Shown: positions 17,301-28,846 of the stretch, piece after piece
Position numbering within the stretch: the stretch's first letter is position 1
Layout of the letters: each line of letters opens with the position of its first letter
Assembly (NCBI GenBank): GCA_040376455.1
Contig: JBEIQP010000002.1
Span: 1 to 60,545 of the forward strand
Direction: 5' to 3'
DNA from: Planctomycetaceae bacterium
GTDB taxonomy: Bacteria; Planctomycetota; Planctomycetia; Pirellulales; UBA1268
Length of the DNA stretch: 60,545 bases
The notes under the pieces: model-generated
The model's input: the letters and a program-made list of their open reading frames with translations, nothing else
Told to the model about the DNA's origin: nothing
Database searches by the model: none
Program-made: the position numbers and the translations under genes

Positions 17301-17404
17301 CGCAGTCGCCGATGCCGGAAGGGATGCTCGACCAGCTCACGCCCGACGAGATCCGCGACCTGATCGGCTACCTGATGCAGCCGGCCCAGGTGCCGCTGCC
17401 GTAG
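14312..17404 (+). CDS. PVC-type heme-binding CxxCH protein (membrane-bound-dehydrogenase-like beta-propeller + HEAT repeats + C-terminal cytochrome c module)
   Basis: Signal peptide is present. The propeller-like region includes PVAMAWDPRGRLWIAE…LIFEDVDGDGRADRR…. HEAT-like repeats follow. The C-terminal CGRCH (17037-17051) is followed by DYLLENIVDPS…QSPMPEGMLDQLTPDEIRDLIGYL. Confidence 0.8.
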   Translation: MHSPWPTNVAALVFLAACVASARTAAEGFPEPFNSERDAAASPMPAVDAAATMEVPEGFRAQVFAAEPEVQNPVAMAWDPRGRLWIAENHTYAEWPLKHDSRLRDRVLIFEDVDGDGRADRRKVFLDDLQRLTSVEIGLGGVWLMCPPRLLFVPDRDGDDVPDGPPKVMLDGFDPLAESHHNFANGLRFGPDGWLYGRCGGACPGRVGPPGVPAEQRVRLEGGVWRYSPRLGRFEVLCHGTTNPWGHDWNAFGDGFFINTVTGHLWHIIPGARYPRHGSLDPNPHAYELIDMHADHWHFDTSGGWQKSRHGAADDLGGGHAHSGLMIYLGDNWPLEYRGRLFTWNFHGQRANQELLEREGSGYVARHGRDMLQSHDPFFRGIDLAYGPDGSVLAIDWSDTGECHETSGVHRKSGRIFHIAHGRTPARPAGDLADRSAVELAELVTHSNEWFPRQARILLAERAGAGEPGSAGAADLREAQEALRRLADSSDPRVACRAVLTLHATGGCDTGLLRKLLRHPDEHLRAWGVRLLSDTWPIDGVLGPAVVSAAEAQRVAAAAADVAPELLRLAAEDPSGLVRLALASTLQRLPLDRRAALAAALMDRGEDADDHNLPLLVWYGVMPTVEADPVRAAELAVASKWPQTRRLIARRLAGLIDRQPDGVARLVAAIAAKPDAAVQQSLLEGIATGLAGWRRAPKPAGWDAVADRLGHGEGELAALVRDLSALFGDGRAMDEIRALVRDPATDPVVRRSALEALIRQGDDALREICLGLLGDHRFAGIAAEGLARTDDAEVARAIVTACGRLRSQRAKLVGVLCSRPTFAAALLEAAAAGTIPREAITAYDLRQIRSLGDPALDARIEQEWGGVQETSADKRRRIETLKAELQPAVLAAADVSRGRVIFEKSCGRCHKLFGAGESIGPDLTGGNRSNIDYLLENIVDPSGVVNRDYRMSVVLLGDGRVLNGLVTARDEHTLTLVTPTDKQVIAVEDVDEVTVTAQSPMPEGMLDQLTPDEIRDLIGYLMQPAQVPLP

Positions 17405-17423
17405 CGGGCCCGAGCGACGGCGA

Positions 17424-20400
17424 TTACTTCACCTCCAGATTCACGCTCGCCGAGTGGGCGTTGAACTCGGGGGCGTAGCGGCTCTGGATCTTCGCGAAGC
17501 CGCTCGACGCCGTGCCCCGGTGGGCCGCCCGCAGCGAATACTCGAAGACGTGCACGCCTCGCGGCAGCCGCTCGAAGAACATCTGGGTCGAGGTGTCGCG
17601 GACGGCCACGTACCAGCCCGCGCCGTCGCCCCACCGCCAGCCGGAGAGCACGTCCACGGGCTCGGTGAGGCTCGGTCGATGGTCGGCCAGCTCCAAAAAC
17701 TCGTAGTCGCGGTCGCTCTTCACGACGAGCCGCACGACGAGTTCGTCGCCGAGCTCGACCCCGGCGCCGTCCGTGACCGGCACGAGCTCCGGCCCGGCCT
17801 TCGTCATCTGCTTCACGAACAACTGCTTCTCGATGGAGAGCTCCTCGCGGCCCGCCGCCGGCACCTTCGCGATGTCATCGAGATACTGCCAGTGAATGCC
17901 GCCGAAGGCCACGCCTTTGTCCTTCTTCGTAACCGTGATGGCGGCCATCGCGGGCGTGATCTCGCGCCGAGTAAACCGCTCCTCGAAGAAGCCGGTGCCG
18001 GCCTCGACCTTCGCAGGCTCCACCCGCTCGCCGCCCACGTCCACCGTGACGAGCTCCTGCGAGGCGAGCAGGTCGTCGCCCCGGCCGAGCAGGGCCCCGA
18101 CCGCGTCGGCCGTCGCGCGGCTGCCCCGCCAGTGGCTCGTCCGTTTCTGCGACAAGAGCCAGACCTTCAGGGCCTCGACCGAATCCTTGTCGCCGGCCAC
18201 CTCGTCGAAGGCCTCGATCATGATCGAGTGCGATGCGATCGGGGCGTAGGTCCAACTCCACCAGCCGGGGTGCGGATCCCGCCACCACATCCCCTGCCAG
18301 TTCTCCTTCTCGGCGCCGGGCTTGACGTCGGCGTCCACCGCCCGCTGCTTGAGGCTGTCGATGATCGAAAGCGCCGTCGGCTTGTCGCCGGAGCGGGCAA
18401 GCGCGATCGCCAGTTGCCCCTGCGAGAGCCGGGCGTCGAGCTTCATCCAACTCTTCCGGGCGACGTCGAAGGCCCACTGGATCGCCGCGGCGGCGTCGCC
18501 CTGGGGCGGAACGTCCTTCGTGAAGAAGCTCCGCGCGTAGAGGGCGTAGACGCCCAGCGGCGTAAGGACGAGCTCGTCGGGCTTGTCCTTCCAGGCCTTG
18601 AGAGCCCAGTTCCGCTCCTCGACGAGCCGGCCGTCGAGCCAGGGGATCGTCTGCAGGGCCGGCTGGATGTCGATCTTCGCGCCGGCCGCCCGCAGCCGGC
18701 CGAAGCCGGCGACGATGCCGAGCGTGACGGGGTCGCAGGTCCGGCCACCGGGGAACCAGGGCCAGCCGCCGTCGCCGTTGCGCAGGGTCGCCAGCCGGGC
18801 GAGCACCGCCTGCGTCTCGTTCTCGGCCCGCGTGGCGTCGAAGAGGAGCGCGATCCGGGCCCGCGCCTCCTTCTCGTCCACCGCGTCGCGAACCCAGGGC
18901 GTCTCGGCGAGCAGCGTCTTGACCAAGTCGGTGTTTTTCTCGAGCGGGCTTTCCAGTGCGGCCGTGCCCTTCCACTGTTCGAAGACCCGCGCGATCCGCG
19001 GGTCGCTCGTGGCGAGGTGCCGGGCGAGCGCGTTGGCGTAGAGCCGCGTGAAGAGGGTTTCCGTGCTCTCGTCGGACTGCTCCATGATCGCGGGCAGCGC
19101 GAGCACGGCGTACCAGGCGGGGTTCGACGTGGCCTGGACGACGAGCGACTGGCTCTGGATGTCGGTGCCGGCACTTTGGGCGAGCTGATCCAGCGACACT
19201 TTTCGCGAGCCGGGGCCGCGGATCGTGACGGGGACGGATTCACTGACGAGGACTTTGCGCGGCAGGACGACAACGAAGGCCTCTTCGCCGTCGGCGGCCT
19301 TGCCGGCGGAGCCGGTGGCCAGGTAGCGGAGGGTCTCGGTGCCGTCGGCCACCTTCACGGTGAACACGACCGGCCTCGACTCGCCGGCGGCGAGGTCGAA
19401 GGGCAATTCCCGCGGGCCGTCGACGAGCTCGTCGCGGGATGCATCCGTCCGTGCGTCGGCCAGCGCGAACCTCACCGTGCCGGCGAGCCGGCCGGTGGAG
19501 GTGTTGCTCACCTTCACCGGGATCTGCACGACGTCCCCCTCGCGGAGGAACCGCGGCACGATCGGCTCGACCATCAGGTCTTTCGCGGACACGCAGGTAT
19601 CGACGATCGTCCCGCTGCGGAGCGCCGCATCGTGGGCGAGGCCCTTGAACTGCCAGGTGGTCAGCGTGTCGGGGAGCGTGAACTCGATCGTCACGACACC
19701 GTCCTTGTCGCTCGAGAGCGTCGGCAGGAAGAACGCCGTCTCCACGAGGTTCTTGCGTGGCGGGGGCGGCGGGGCTGCAGCCGCCGTGCCGCCGGGTTCC
19801 CGGGGGCCGTCCGCCTTCGGGGCAGCCTTGCCGCCGGCTTTCCGCGACGCCATCGCCATCGGCATCGCCATCGGCGCGGCGTCAGCGAAACTCCCCTCGG
19901 CCGCCGCACTCATGGGGGCTTGGGCCATTTCCAACGTTAACGTCTCCGGCCCCATGCGGCCTCCGCGCCGGCTCCGCGCCGCGAAAACGACGTTGTCCCA
20001 ATGCCTCGCCGTCGCGCCGAACGGATCGCGCAGCACGCGGTAGGTCATCCACGGCACGTCCACTTCCCGGTGCGCGAACTGGCCGAGCATGTGATTGAAG
20101 GCCTCGGCCTCGTTCGTAAACGCGAGGTTCAGCCAGCTCGACTCGCGGCGGAACATCCCCATCAGGCCGTCGCCCGGCCAGGCGTGCTCGGCCAGCGCGT
20201 CGAGCGACTGGTCGTAGGCGAGCGCCAGGAACTCGGCCGCGACCGGGGCCGCCGGCCCCGCCACCGGATCCGCCACGCTCTTTATTTTCGCCCGCCAGAT
20301 CTCCTTCGCCCCCGGCTCGAGCCGCCGCGTGAACCGCTCCCACTCGATCGCGAGCTTCTTGTTCGTCCAGGGCACGTCGATCGTGCGGCTCTCGGAATGG

Positions 20401-23400
20401 AGCCGGCCGTCGCGGACCATCCAGGCCCGCACCGTGAACCCGCCGCGGTGCGCGTCGGTCACCTTCAGGCTCACCGGCCACTGCGTGCGGCCCGGCTCGG
20501 TCCAGGAGCGCGCGAGCGTCTTGCCGGCCTGCACGATCTCGACGAGCGCCCGGCCGCGGTCGTAACCCGTGCCGATGAGTCCCGTGAACTCGCCGTTCGG
20601 CTCGACCGTCGCCGTCTTGGGCTTCAGCACGAAGGCCCGCCGCACGCCATACTTCGCGGCGAGAGGATCGACCACCTCGACGACCGTCTCGGCCCGCACG
20701 GCCGGCACGTCGCCCTTGGCCGGAATCTCGAACACCGCCTTGTAGACGCCGGCGGGAAGCGTCGCCGTCGCCTCGGCCTTGCCCGTGGCCTTGTCGGTCG
20801 TGACGTTTTCCATCGAGACCTGCTCGCCCACGGCCCACGTGTTCACGTCGGCGGGATCGGGTTTGATGGGCTGGGCCGCGATCGCCCCGCCGCGACGGCC
20901 GCGCATCGGCATCGGCCGCGGGCCCCCGTGACCGCCAAAGAGGTCGGGCCGCATGACGGCCGCCGGCTGCACGAGCCGCGAGACGGTGAGCGTGCCGGTC
21001 GCCTCTCGGGGCTGGCCGTCGAGCGTCGTCGTGGCGAGCGCGAGCTTCACCGCGGCCGGCTTACCGTCCTCCACGGCCAGCCAGTCGCCGGCCGAGACCG
21101 TCGCCTCGACGTCGGTGTAGCCGACGCTCACCGTCTGGGTGTCGCTGCGGGTCTCGCCGCTCGGATCGGTGACATCGGCCGTGACGGTGTAGGTGAACAC
21201 CGGCAGCGACTCCTTGGGCACGCTCCTGTCGGGCCGGGCCGGGAACGTCACCGTGAATTTTCCTGCATCGTCGGTCAGGACCGTGCCGCGGGCGATCCGC
21301 TGGCCGCCCCGATCGAAGGGCAGCCAGGGAAAGAACCAGCGGCACCAGAACGGCCAGCGGACGTTGCGGACCACGTTCCACTTCACCTTCGCGGCCCCCA
21401 CCGCCACGCCGGTGTAGGTCGTGGCCGTGCCCGAAAGGGAAACCTCGCCGCCGAGCGGCACGGCCTTCTCGGGCTTGGCGAGATCGACCTTGAACTTCGG
21501 CCGCTTGTATTCCTCGACGCGGACGGCGACGCCGCCCTCGAAGCCGTCGTTGCCCGGCGCCTGGGCCTGGATCGACCACCCGCCCGGCAGGGCCCCGGTG
21601 GCGATCGGGAAATTTCCGTGGAACGAGCCGTTGGCGGTCGTCTTGTGGGTGGCCTGGGCCACCTCGCGGCCGTTGGCGTCGCGGAACACCACGTCGATGT
21701 CGCGGTCGGCGACCGCGCGATACTCGGCCGTGGCGTGGTCGCCCGCGCAGGCGATGCCCTTGTAGTGGACGATCTGGCCCGGCCGGTGGATGCCGCGGTC
21801 GGTGACGAGCGTGATCGACTTGAAGCCGGAGGGCTGCTCGTTTCGCCACACGTGGGTCGATCCGGTCGCCACTTCGTGCCGCTTGCCGCCGAGATCGGCC
21901 GCCGCGACGACGATGAGTTCCTCCTGCTGCGGCACGGAAAACTCGTAGCGGCCTTCCTTGTCGGTGGTGGCGGTCGCGGTCTGGCCGAACGGCGGCGGGC
22001 CGCCCTGCTCCCCGCGGACGAAGGCCTTCACCGTGGCGCCGGCGACCGGCTCGCCAGAGGCGATGTCCACGACGTGGCCGAAGACGGCGACGAGGCCGCC
22101 CTGACGTGCTTGTGCCGCGGCTGGATTCGGGCCGCGGGCGACCGGGTCGGCGAACACGGCGTGCTGCTGCTGTTCGGCCACGATCGCGAGGCGGGTCACC
22201 CAGACCATCGACACGAAGACGACATTGTCCTCTTCGCCGAAGTTCTCCTTCTGGCTCGCGATCACCCAATAAGCCCCCGGCTCCAGGTCGGCGGCGCCGA
22301 AGGCCGTCGCGACGGGGATGTCCTCGTGCCGCTGCCGGTAATCGGGCGTCGCCGGCAGGTCGGCCGCGTGCGTCTTGATGGACGGCAGGGCGAGGATCGT
22401 CTTGCGGTCGGCATCGTCGAACCAGCCGAAGTGCGGCTTGCCCGCCTTGAGCCGGGCGTTGAAGTCGGCCTTCGCGAGCCGGAGGTGCACCTTTGCGAGG
22501 TTCTGGTAGGAGACGCGGACGACCGGCCACGGGTCGGCCCACGAGTTCTCGGTCTGAAACGACAGTTCCGGCGCCTCGATCTCGATGACGAGGTTCTTGC
22601 ACATCGCCCCGCCGGGGCTCGTGGGATGCGCCTCCGCACCGGCCAGCGCGATCTTCCGCGCCTCGACCAGGTCGCCCGGCTCGCCGTCTTCGCCCTGACG
22701 GAGGAGCGTGGCCAGATGAAACCGGCCGAGCGACGCGGTCTCGTGATCACCGGCCCGCTCGACGAACGTCTCGAGTGCCCGCTGCTTGCGGTCCGCCAGA
22801 TCGCCCGGCTCGCCGGTGGAGACGGCCACGCCGCTTGCCCAGAGAATCCGATCGAGGTCGGCGGAGAGAAACGCCGTGCGATCCTGATCGGCCCGGTGGA
22901 AGTCGAGGAGGTCGCGGTAGAGCTTGAGCGTGTCGATGAGTGGCGAGGCGGCATCGCTGAAGCCCTTTTCCGTTTCCGGCTTCCACGCACAGAACTCCTC
23001 GGGGAGCCCGAGGGCGGGCGAGTCGGCGCCGATCTCGAAGGCGTCCTCCGGGGCCACGAGGCCGCGTTCGCCGGATCTGGAAAACGCGATCGCGTCGCGG
23101 ACGATCACGTCCCACACGGTAGGCCGGTAGGCGTCGGGCATCGATCCCTTCTCGATGAGCGCCGACCATTCGGCGACGGGGAGCTTTTGCAGGGCCGCCC
23201 GCTCGGGGCTGCCAGCCGCGCCGACCGCCGCGGCGAACCGAGCGCGGATCTCCTTGACGATCGTCGGCAGATCCCACTCGGCGATGCTCGCGAGGTCGTC
23301 GGCCTTCGCGCCTCCCCGCGTGCGCTGCTGATACCGCCAGCGGTTCATCTGGAAGTAGCCCCGCGTCCAATTGGCGCGAATCGCCTCCAAGACGCCGCGG

Positions 23401-23798
23401 GTCTCTGCCGGCGCCTTCTCCATCGCGGCGGCGAGGCGGATCACGCGCTCGGGGTCGTCGCCGGGCCGGTCGCCCGTCTCGGCGAGGATTCGCGTGGCGA
23501 TCGCCCGGGCGACCTCGTCCCACGCCTTGGCCTGCGTCGCCTCGGCCTCGACACCCGCGAGCGCCTCGGCCGCCGTCTTTGGCTTGCCCTCGTCGAGCGC
23601 CTTCTGCACGGCGGACCAAACCGCCTCGCGGGGACCTCGAACCTCGTCACCGGCGGTGGAGCGTGGCATCAGGCAATGGCCTCCAAGGCAAAGGATCACC
23701 GCGGACCAGATCGCGCGGGTGAACCCCGCGGACGAACGGGGCGAACCGGCGCGGCGGGTCGCCATCGTGCGCCGAACGGCAGGCATGAGGAAATGCAC
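17424..23798 (-). CDS. alpha-2-macroglobulin family protein, thioester-less type (2,124 aa)
   Basis: Long run of MG-type beta-sandwich-like segments. The TED-like region contains LPAIMEQSDES (AIMEQ at 19077-19091) where thioester A2Ms have GCxEQ. The N-terminus is signal-like. Start is uncertain: GTG 23798 or ATG 23786. Confidence 0.8.
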   Translation of the reverse strand: MHFLMPAVRRTMATRRAGSPRSSAGFTRAIWSAVILCLGGHCLMPRSTAGDEVRGPREAVWSAVQKALDEGKPKTAAEALAGVEAEATQAKAWDEVARAIATRILAETGDRPGDDPERVIRLAAAMEKAPAETRGVLEAIRANWTRGYFQMNRWRYQQRTRGGAKADDLASIAEWDLPTIVKEIRARFAAAVGAAGSPERAALQKLPVAEWSALIEKGSMPDAYRPTVWDVIVRDAIAFSRSGERGLVAPEDAFEIGADSPALGLPEEFCAWKPETEKGFSDAASPLIDTLKLYRDLLDFHRADQDRTAFLSADLDRILWASGVAVSTGEPGDLADRKQRALETFVERAGDHETASLGRFHLATLLRQGEDGEPGDLVEARKIALAGAEAHPTSPGGAMCKNLVIEIEAPELSFQTENSWADPWPVVRVSYQNLAKVHLRLAKADFNARLKAGKPHFGWFDDADRKTILALPSIKTHAADLPATPDYRQRHEDIPVATAFGAADLEPGAYWVIASQKENFGEEDNVVFVSMVWVTRLAIVAEQQQHAVFADPVARGPNPAAAQARQGGLVAVFGHVVDIASGEPVAGATVKAFVRGEQGGPPPFGQTATATTDKEGRYEFSVPQQEELIVVAAADLGGKRHEVATGSTHVWRNEQPSGFKSITLVTDRGIHRPGQIVHYKGIACAGDHATAEYRAVADRDIDVVFRDANGREVAQATHKTTANGSFHGNFPIATGALPGGWSIQAQAPGNDGFEGGVAVRVEEYKRPKFKVDLAKPEKAVPLGGEVSLSGTATTYTGVAVGAAKVKWNVVRNVRWPFWCRWFFPWLPFDRGGQRIARGTVLTDDAGKFTVTFPARPDRSVPKESLPVFTYTVTADVTDPSGETRSDTQTVSVGYTDVEATVSAGDWLAVEDGKPAAVKLALATTTLDGQPREATGTLTVSRLVQPAAVMRPDLFGGHGGPRPMPMRGRRGGAIAAQPIKPDPADVNTWAVGEQVSMENVTTDKATGKAEATATLPAGVYKAVFEIPAKGDVPAVRAETVVEVVDPLAAKYGVRRAFVLKPKTATVEPNGEFTGLIGTGYDRGRALVEIVQAGKTLARSWTEPGRTQWPVSLKVTDAHRGGFTVRAWMVRDGRLHSESRTIDVPWTNKKLAIEWERFTRRLEPGAKEIWRAKIKSVADPVAGPAAPVAAEFLALAYDQSLDALAEHAWPGDGLMGMFRRESSWLNLAFTNEAEAFNHMLGQFAHREVDVPWMTYRVLRDPFGATARHWDNVVFAARSRRGGRMGPETLTLEMAQAPMSAAAEGSFADAAPMAMPMAMASRKAGGKAAPKADGPREPGGTAAAAPPPPPRKNLVETAFFLPTLSSDKDGVVTIEFTLPDTLTTWQFKGLAHDAALRSGTIVDTCVSAKDLMVEPIVPRFLREGDVVQIPVKVSNTSTGRLAGTVRFALADARTDASRDELVDGPRELPFDLAAGESRPVVFTVKVADGTETLRYLATGSAGKAADGEEAFVVVLPRKVLVSESVPVTIRGPGSRKVSLDQLAQSAGTDIQSQSLVVQATSNPAWYAVLALPAIMEQSDESTETLFTRLYANALARHLATSDPRIARVFEQWKGTAALESPLEKNTDLVKTLLAETPWVRDAVDEKEARARIALLFDATRAENETQAVLARLATLRNGDGGWPWFPGGRTCDPVTLGIVAGFGRLRAAGAKIDIQPALQTIPWLDGRLVEERNWALKAWKDKPDELVLTPLGVYALYARSFFTKDVPPQGDAAAAIQWAFDVARKSWMKLDARLSQGQLAIALARSGDKPTALSIIDSLKQRAVDADVKPGAEKENWQGMWWRDPHPGWWSWTYAPIASHSIMIEAFDEVAGDKDSVEALKVWLLSQKRTSHWRGSRATADAVGALLGRGDDLLASQELVTVDVGGERVEPAKVEAGTGFFEERFTRREITPAMAAITVTKKDKGVAFGGIHWQYLDDIAKVPAAGREELSIEKQLFVKQMTKAGPELVPVTDGAGVELGDELVVRLVVKSDRDYEFLELADHRPSLTEPVDVLSGWRWGDGAGWYVAVRDTSTQMFFERLPRGVHVFEYSLRAAHRGTASSGFAKIQSRYAPEFNAHSASVNLEVK

Positions 23799-24063
23799 GG
23801 GAACAATCTCCTGCGAACAAGCGGGGGCGTGGCGGCCGGCAGCGACCGCAAAGTTTACGCGGAAGCCTTCGTTTAGACGCAGTTCGCCGGCGTGAGGTTC
23901 CCGGGCCGCCCGACCTAGCGGCTAGCGGGCCGCAGGGCCCAAAAAGCCGTGGCTCCGGCGGAAACCAGGGATTACAATGAGTTGATCGCCCGCGGCGAAC
24001 CCGCTCCCGCCCCAATCGCCCGCGTGAATCGTGCCACCGGCTTCGCCGCTGCGAGGACATCCC

Positions 24064-27000
24064 ATGCCGCGCATCCTCCCGCACGCAACGCCGGTCATTG
24101 GACGGGCGACGCTGCTGGCTGCCGCGCTGGTTTCCCTGGCTTGCGACGGTGCTGCGGCCGCCGAGCCGCTGTCGTTCAACAAGGACGTTCGGCCGATTCT
24201 GGTGGAGAACTGCTTCTCCTGCCACGGGGCCGACTCGGCCGGGCGGAAGGCCGACCTCCGGCTGGACGTCCGCGACGACGCCGTGGAATTCGGTGCCATC
24301 ACGCCCGGCGACCCCGACTCGAGCCCGATGCTCGACCGGATCTTCTCGGACGACCCCGACGAGATCATGCCCCCGCCGCACGCCAAGAAGACGCTCACGG
24401 CCGAGCAGAAGGAGATCCTCTCGCGCTGGATCGCCGCCGGGGCGGAGTATGAGCCCCACTGGTCGTTCATCCCGCCGACGCGGCCCGAGCCGCCCGCCGT
24501 GAAGAACGCCGGCTGGGTGAGGAACCCGATCGACCGCTTTCTACTCGCGCGGCTCGAAGCCGAGGGACTTGCGCCGGCCGCCGAGGCCGACCGGCGCACG
24601 CTCGCGCGCCGTGCATCGCTCGACCTGACGGGCCTGCCCCCGGAGCCCGCCGTCGTCGAGGCCTTCGTCAACGATGCGGCCCCGGACGCCTACGAGCGGC
24701 TCGTCGATACGCTGCTGGCGAACCTCGCATGGGGCGAGCATCGCGGCCGGCACTGGCTCGACTACGCCCGCTACGCCGACACCCACGGGATCCACTTCGA
24801 CAACTACCGCGAGATGTGGACCTACCGGCAGTGGGTGATCGACGCCTTCAACCGCAACATGCCGTTCGATCGGTTCACGATCCTGCAGCTCGCGGGCGAC
24901 CTCGTGCAGCACGATGACGCGACGGCCGCGCCGCACCAGGTGCTCGAAGACCGGATCGCCAGCGGCTTCAACCGTTGCAACATGACGACCAACGAAGGGG
25001 GCGTGATCGACGAGGAATACCTCGTGCTCTACGCCCGCGACCGCACTGAAACGACGGCCGCGGTCTGGATGGGCCTCACGGCCGGCTGCGCCGTCTGCCA
25101 CGACCACAAGTTCGATCCGCTCACGCAGCGGGAGTTTTACGAACTCGCCGCCTTCTTCAACAACACCACGCAGAAGGCGTTGGACGGCAACGTCCGCGAC
25201 ACGCCGCCGATCCTGCCGGTGCCTGCGGCTCCCGACCGCGATCGATGGGCGGCGATCGAGCAGACCATCCCCGCGGCGAGGCAGCGGATCAAGGAGACGG
25301 CCGACCAGGGGCGCACGACGTTTGCGGACTGGGTCGCCGGCCTCACGCCCCAGGCGGCCGCCGCGACGGCCCCCCAGGAGACGCCGCTCCTGGAGATGCC
25401 GTTGGCCGAGGGCGAAGGGGGGAGCACCAGGATCGGCCAGGCGGGCAAGCAGATGGGCCTGCCGCTTTCGTTCACCAACCAGTCGGGCTGGCAGCCGGGC
25501 CCGGACGGACGGGGGGCGCTGGTGCTGGATGGCACGGTGGCGCAACTGCCCTCGGTCGGTGATTTCGAGTTCGACCAGCCGTTCACGGTCACCTTTCTGA
25601 CGAGGGTGCGCGACGGCCATCCCCGGGCCACGGTCATATCGCGGTCGTCGAGCGATCCGAAGTCGCGGGGCTGGTCCATCACCTGCGAGCAGAAGGAGGG
25701 AGTGACGCTCGACCTGGATCACGCCGGCGGCGATGCCTCCCTGGAGGTGCTTGCGAAGCGGCCCCTCCCCGTGAACCAGTGGGTGCACGTCGCCATCTGC
25801 TACGACGGCTCCGGCAAGGCTTCCGGCGTCAGGGTGTACTACGACGGCCAGCCGGTGCCCACGCTGGTGCGTCGCGACAATCTCGCCGGGCAGACGATCC
25901 GGACCGATGCGCCGTTCACGGTGGGTGGATCGGCGGATGCGATCGGGTTTTCGGGCCTGTCGCTCTGGGGCCTCAGCCTCACCTCCGAGGAGGTGGTGCG
26001 GCTGTGCCTCGAGCCGACGATCGAGGCCCTCCTGAAACTGCCGCCGACCGAGCGGGCCGCGCAGGCAGACGGCGTGTTCGACTGGTGGCTCGAACGGTTT
26101 GACCAGCCGTTCAAGGAGGCCTCCGCCCGGCTCGCCGCGCTCGAGGCCGAGCGGTCCGAGATCGTCAAGCGGGGCACGGTCGCCCACGTGATGCAGGAAA
26201 GCGCGGACATGCCGAAGGCCTACGTGCTCGACCGTGGCGAGTACGACAAGCGGAAGGACGAGGTCGGTCCCGAGACCCCCGACATCCTGCCGGTCTTTGC
26301 GGAAAGCCTGCCCCGGAATCGGCTCGGCCTCGCCCAATGGCTCCTGTTGGCGGAGCATCCGCTGACGGCCCGCGTGACGGTCAATCGCTTCTGGCAGGAG
26401 GTCTTCGGCACGGGGCTCGTGCGCACCAGCGGCGACTTCGGCATCACCGGCGAGTTGCCGAGCCACCCCGAGTTGCTCGACTGGCTGGCGGTCGAGTTCC
26501 GCGAAAGCGGCTGGGACGTCAAGCGGTTGTTCCGGCTGATGGTGACCAGCGCCGCGTACCGCCAGGCGGCGGTGGCGACGCCGGAAAAACTGGCGACCGA
26601 CGCCGCCAACCGGCTGCTCTCGCGCGGGCCGCGATATCGGATGGACGCGGAGATGATCCGCGACCAGGCGCTCGCCGCCAGCGGCCTCCTCGTGCGGCAG
26701 ATTGGCGGCCCGAGCGTAAAGCCCTACCAGCCCGAAGGCGTCTGGGAGGCGGTGGCCATGAACGTCAGCGACACGGCGATCTACAAGCGCGATCAGGGGG
26801 GGAACCTCTACCGCCGCAGCATGTACTGGTTTTGGAAGCGGTCGGCGCCCCCGGCCTCGCTCGACATCTTCAACGCGCCGTCGCGCGAGAGTTGCACCGT
26901 CAAGCGCGAGCGGACCAACACGCCGTTGCAGGCCCTGGTGACGCTCAACGACCCGCAGTTCGTCGAGGCGGCTCGGGTGCTCGCGGACCGGGCGCTCCGG

Positions 27001-27261
27001 GAGGGGGGCGACACGGACGAGGCCAGGATCGACTTCATCGCGCGGCGGCTGCTGGCCCGGCCGCTCGACGCCGAGGAGACGGCCATCGTGAAGCGGTCGC
27101 TCGCCGACCTCGCCGGCTGGTATGCGGCCCACCCGGACGACGCCGGGAAGCTGGTGGCGATCGGCGATTCGAAGCCGACGTGGGACGACGCGGCGGTGCT
27201 CGCCGCCTGGACCATGCTCGCGAACGAACTGCTGAACCTCGACGAGGTTCTCTGCAAGTAG
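24064..27261 (+). CDS. PSCyt1 (CxxCH) / DUF1549 / LamG-like / DUF1553 (PSD) planctomycete multi-domain protein
   Basis: Signal peptide, then FNKDVRPILVENCFSCHG (CFSCH at 24211-24225). DUF1549-like: NPIDRFLLARLEAEGL…HWLDYARYADTHG. LamG-like: …WVHVAICYDG…VRVYYDG. DUF1553-like: NRLGLAQWLL…NRFWQEVFGTGLV. Confidence 0.85.
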   Translation: MPRILPHATPVIGRATLLAAALVSLACDGAAAAEPLSFNKDVRPILVENCFSCHGADSAGRKADLRLDVRDDAVEFGAITPGDPDSSPMLDRIFSDDPDEIMPPPHAKKTLTAEQKEILSRWIAAGAEYEPHWSFIPPTRPEPPAVKNAGWVRNPIDRFLLARLEAEGLAPAAEADRRTLARRASLDLTGLPPEPAVVEAFVNDAAPDAYERLVDTLLANLAWGEHRGRHWLDYARYADTHGIHFDNYREMWTYRQWVIDAFNRNMPFDRFTILQLAGDLVQHDDATAAPHQVLEDRIASGFNRCNMTTNEGGVIDEEYLVLYARDRTETTAAVWMGLTAGCAVCHDHKFDPLTQREFYELAAFFNNTTQKALDGNVRDTPPILPVPAAPDRDRWAAIEQTIPAARQRIKETADQGRTTFADWVAGLTPQAAAATAPQETPLLEMPLAEGEGGSTRIGQAGKQMGLPLSFTNQSGWQPGPDGRGALVLDGTVAQLPSVGDFEFDQPFTVTFLTRVRDGHPRATVISRSSSDPKSRGWSITCEQKEGVTLDLDHAGGDASLEVLAKRPLPVNQWVHVAICYDGSGKASGVRVYYDGQPVPTLVRRDNLAGQTIRTDAPFTVGGSADAIGFSGLSLWGLSLTSEEVVRLCLEPTIEALLKLPPTERAAQADGVFDWWLERFDQPFKEASARLAALEAERSEIVKRGTVAHVMQESADMPKAYVLDRGEYDKRKDEVGPETPDILPVFAESLPRNRLGLAQWLLLAEHPLTARVTVNRFWQEVFGTGLVRTSGDFGITGELPSHPELLDWLAVEFRESGWDVKRLFRLMVTSAAYRQAAVATPEKLATDAANRLLSRGPRYRMDAEMIRDQALAASGLLVRQIGGPSVKPYQPEGVWEAVAMNVSDTAIYKRDQGGNLYRRSMYWFWKRSAPPASLDIFNAPSRESCTVKRERTNTPLQALVTLNDPQFVEAARVLADRALREGGDTDEARIDFIARRLLARPLDAEETAIVKRSLADLAGWYAAHPDDAGKLVAIGDSKPTWDDAAVLAAWTMLANELLNLDEVLCK

Positions 27262-27271
27262 GAGCCCAGTC

Positions 27272-28768
<1,497 letters not shown>

Positions 28769-28846
28769 TCCGCCCGGAGGGCGGTGCGGGGTGCAGGCGG
28801 GATCGCGAGAAAGTAGAATGGCGTCTTCCTCTTCCCGTATCCATTC

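Noticed and set aside
20001-23876. 1,291-aa + strand ORF opposite the alpha-2-macroglobulin gene. The same applies to 33877-37458 (minus strand, opposite the kinase) and 1206-2621 (+ strand, opposite the prenyltransferase-repeat gene).
   Set aside because: All are codon-aligned antisense frames of strongly supported genes, with Arg/Gly/Pro-dominated translations and no motifs.
23915-23928. Tandem CTAGCGG-CTAGCGG in the A2M / PSCyt divergent promoter region.
   Set aside because: Only two copies of a 7-mer are present, with no supporting symmetry or promoter spacing. That is too weak to call a binding site.
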